Source: Stegostoma tigrinum
Lineage: Eukaryota
DNA: 64,000 nucleotides
Assembly (NCBI RefSeq): GCF_030684315.1
Contig: NC_081377.1
Coordinates: forward strand, 32,922,001-32,986,000
Direction: 5' to 3'
Shown: one piece after another, positions 63,124 to 64,000 of the stretch
Position numbering within the stretch: the stretch's first letter is position 1
Layout: each line of letters begins with the position of its first letter
The notes under the pieces: model-generated
Databases searched by the model: none
Seen by the model: the letters and a program-made list of their open reading frames with translations, nothing else
What the model was told of the DNA's origin: nothing
Translations under genes and position numbers: made by a program

Positions 63124-64000
63124 ATCAATAAATTCCCAAACTTGTTGTGCACCAGCTTCCCCTCTCTAAAGTAACCAGACAGTTTCTCCCAAACTGGCAA
63201 AAATAGCTCTAAATGTATAATTCACTTGTACACACCAACTCATCAAAATCTCTCTGAGCACCAGCAAATGAATAAGCTTCCCTTGGTAAGCTGGATATAA
63301 AATCCCTGCCTATGATTTGTAAAGGAAGTGCTCCTGTTATTTTCAAAATGGTGACAGGCTAAAACTTGTGGGATTCAAAGGCTGGAATCACTGAAAGTAA
63401 GCACATAAGTGTCAAAAATAATTAGAAAATGATACTGGAAAGAGTGCAGTATAGATTTGTCAGAACATTGGTCTTTTCTACAAGGAGGATGGAATATAAA
63501 ATTGGGAAATTCAGCTAAAACTGTACAGGACATTGGTGAGACTAGTTCAGAAAATGGGATGAGGCCTTTTGCTTATGAGGAAAGGTTAGACACTGGAGTT
63601 TACAAAACCTAGAAGTGATCTTATTGAAATTTGTAACATTCTGAAGGAGTTTAACAGGATAGATGCTGGCAGAATATGTCCTCTCTGGTAAGGAGGGAAG
63701 GGGATGGTCTAAAGTTGGAAGTTACAATTTAAAATTAAGTCATTTAAGACCAAAATGAAGAGGAATTGCTTGTCTTAGAGGGTTATTAGTCCTAAAATTC
63801 TGTATCCCCAGACAGTGCAGTGATGTACACATTCACAGTTGGGATGGAATTTTGATTTACAAGGGAGTCAAGGCGAACAGACAAGAGTTCAGACCACAAG
63901 CAGTTCACCTGATTTAGGGAGGAAGGGTTGGCAGGAGGCTCGAGGAGCCGAGTGGCCTGGCCCATTTACTTATTTGTGATCTTCACACCCTCTTTCCCCT

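Overview
Vertebrate genomic DNA, most likely a shark (inferred from HE1-type V-SINEs, Deu-domain SINEs and abundant CR1 and Penelope elements). It carries the conserved gnathostome block GPATCH3(-) / NR0B2(-) / NUDC(+) / KDF1(-), which I reconstructed exon by exon from GT-AG junctions. NUDC (341 aa) and KDF1 (410 aa) are intact, and GPATCH3 is intact as far as the left edge of the window. NR0B2 (SHP, the FXR/LRH-1 corepressor) looks like a pseudogene: one frameshift in each exon, plus substitutions at conserved ligand-binding-domain residues, although its TATA and LRH-1 promoter motifs survive. Much of the rest is transposon-derived: CR1 LINEs, a fragmented Gmr1-like Gypsy element, Rex1/Babar and SINEs. 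Penelope-like (GIY-YIG) elements of several families carry minimal hammerhead-ribozyme motifs. One Penelope family repeatedly forms fold-back insertions (1.9 kb, 224 bp, 108 bp) with about 15-bp target-site duplications and a one-sided tail. No prokaryotic or CRISPR features were seen. Family names come from recalled motifs, not database searches.
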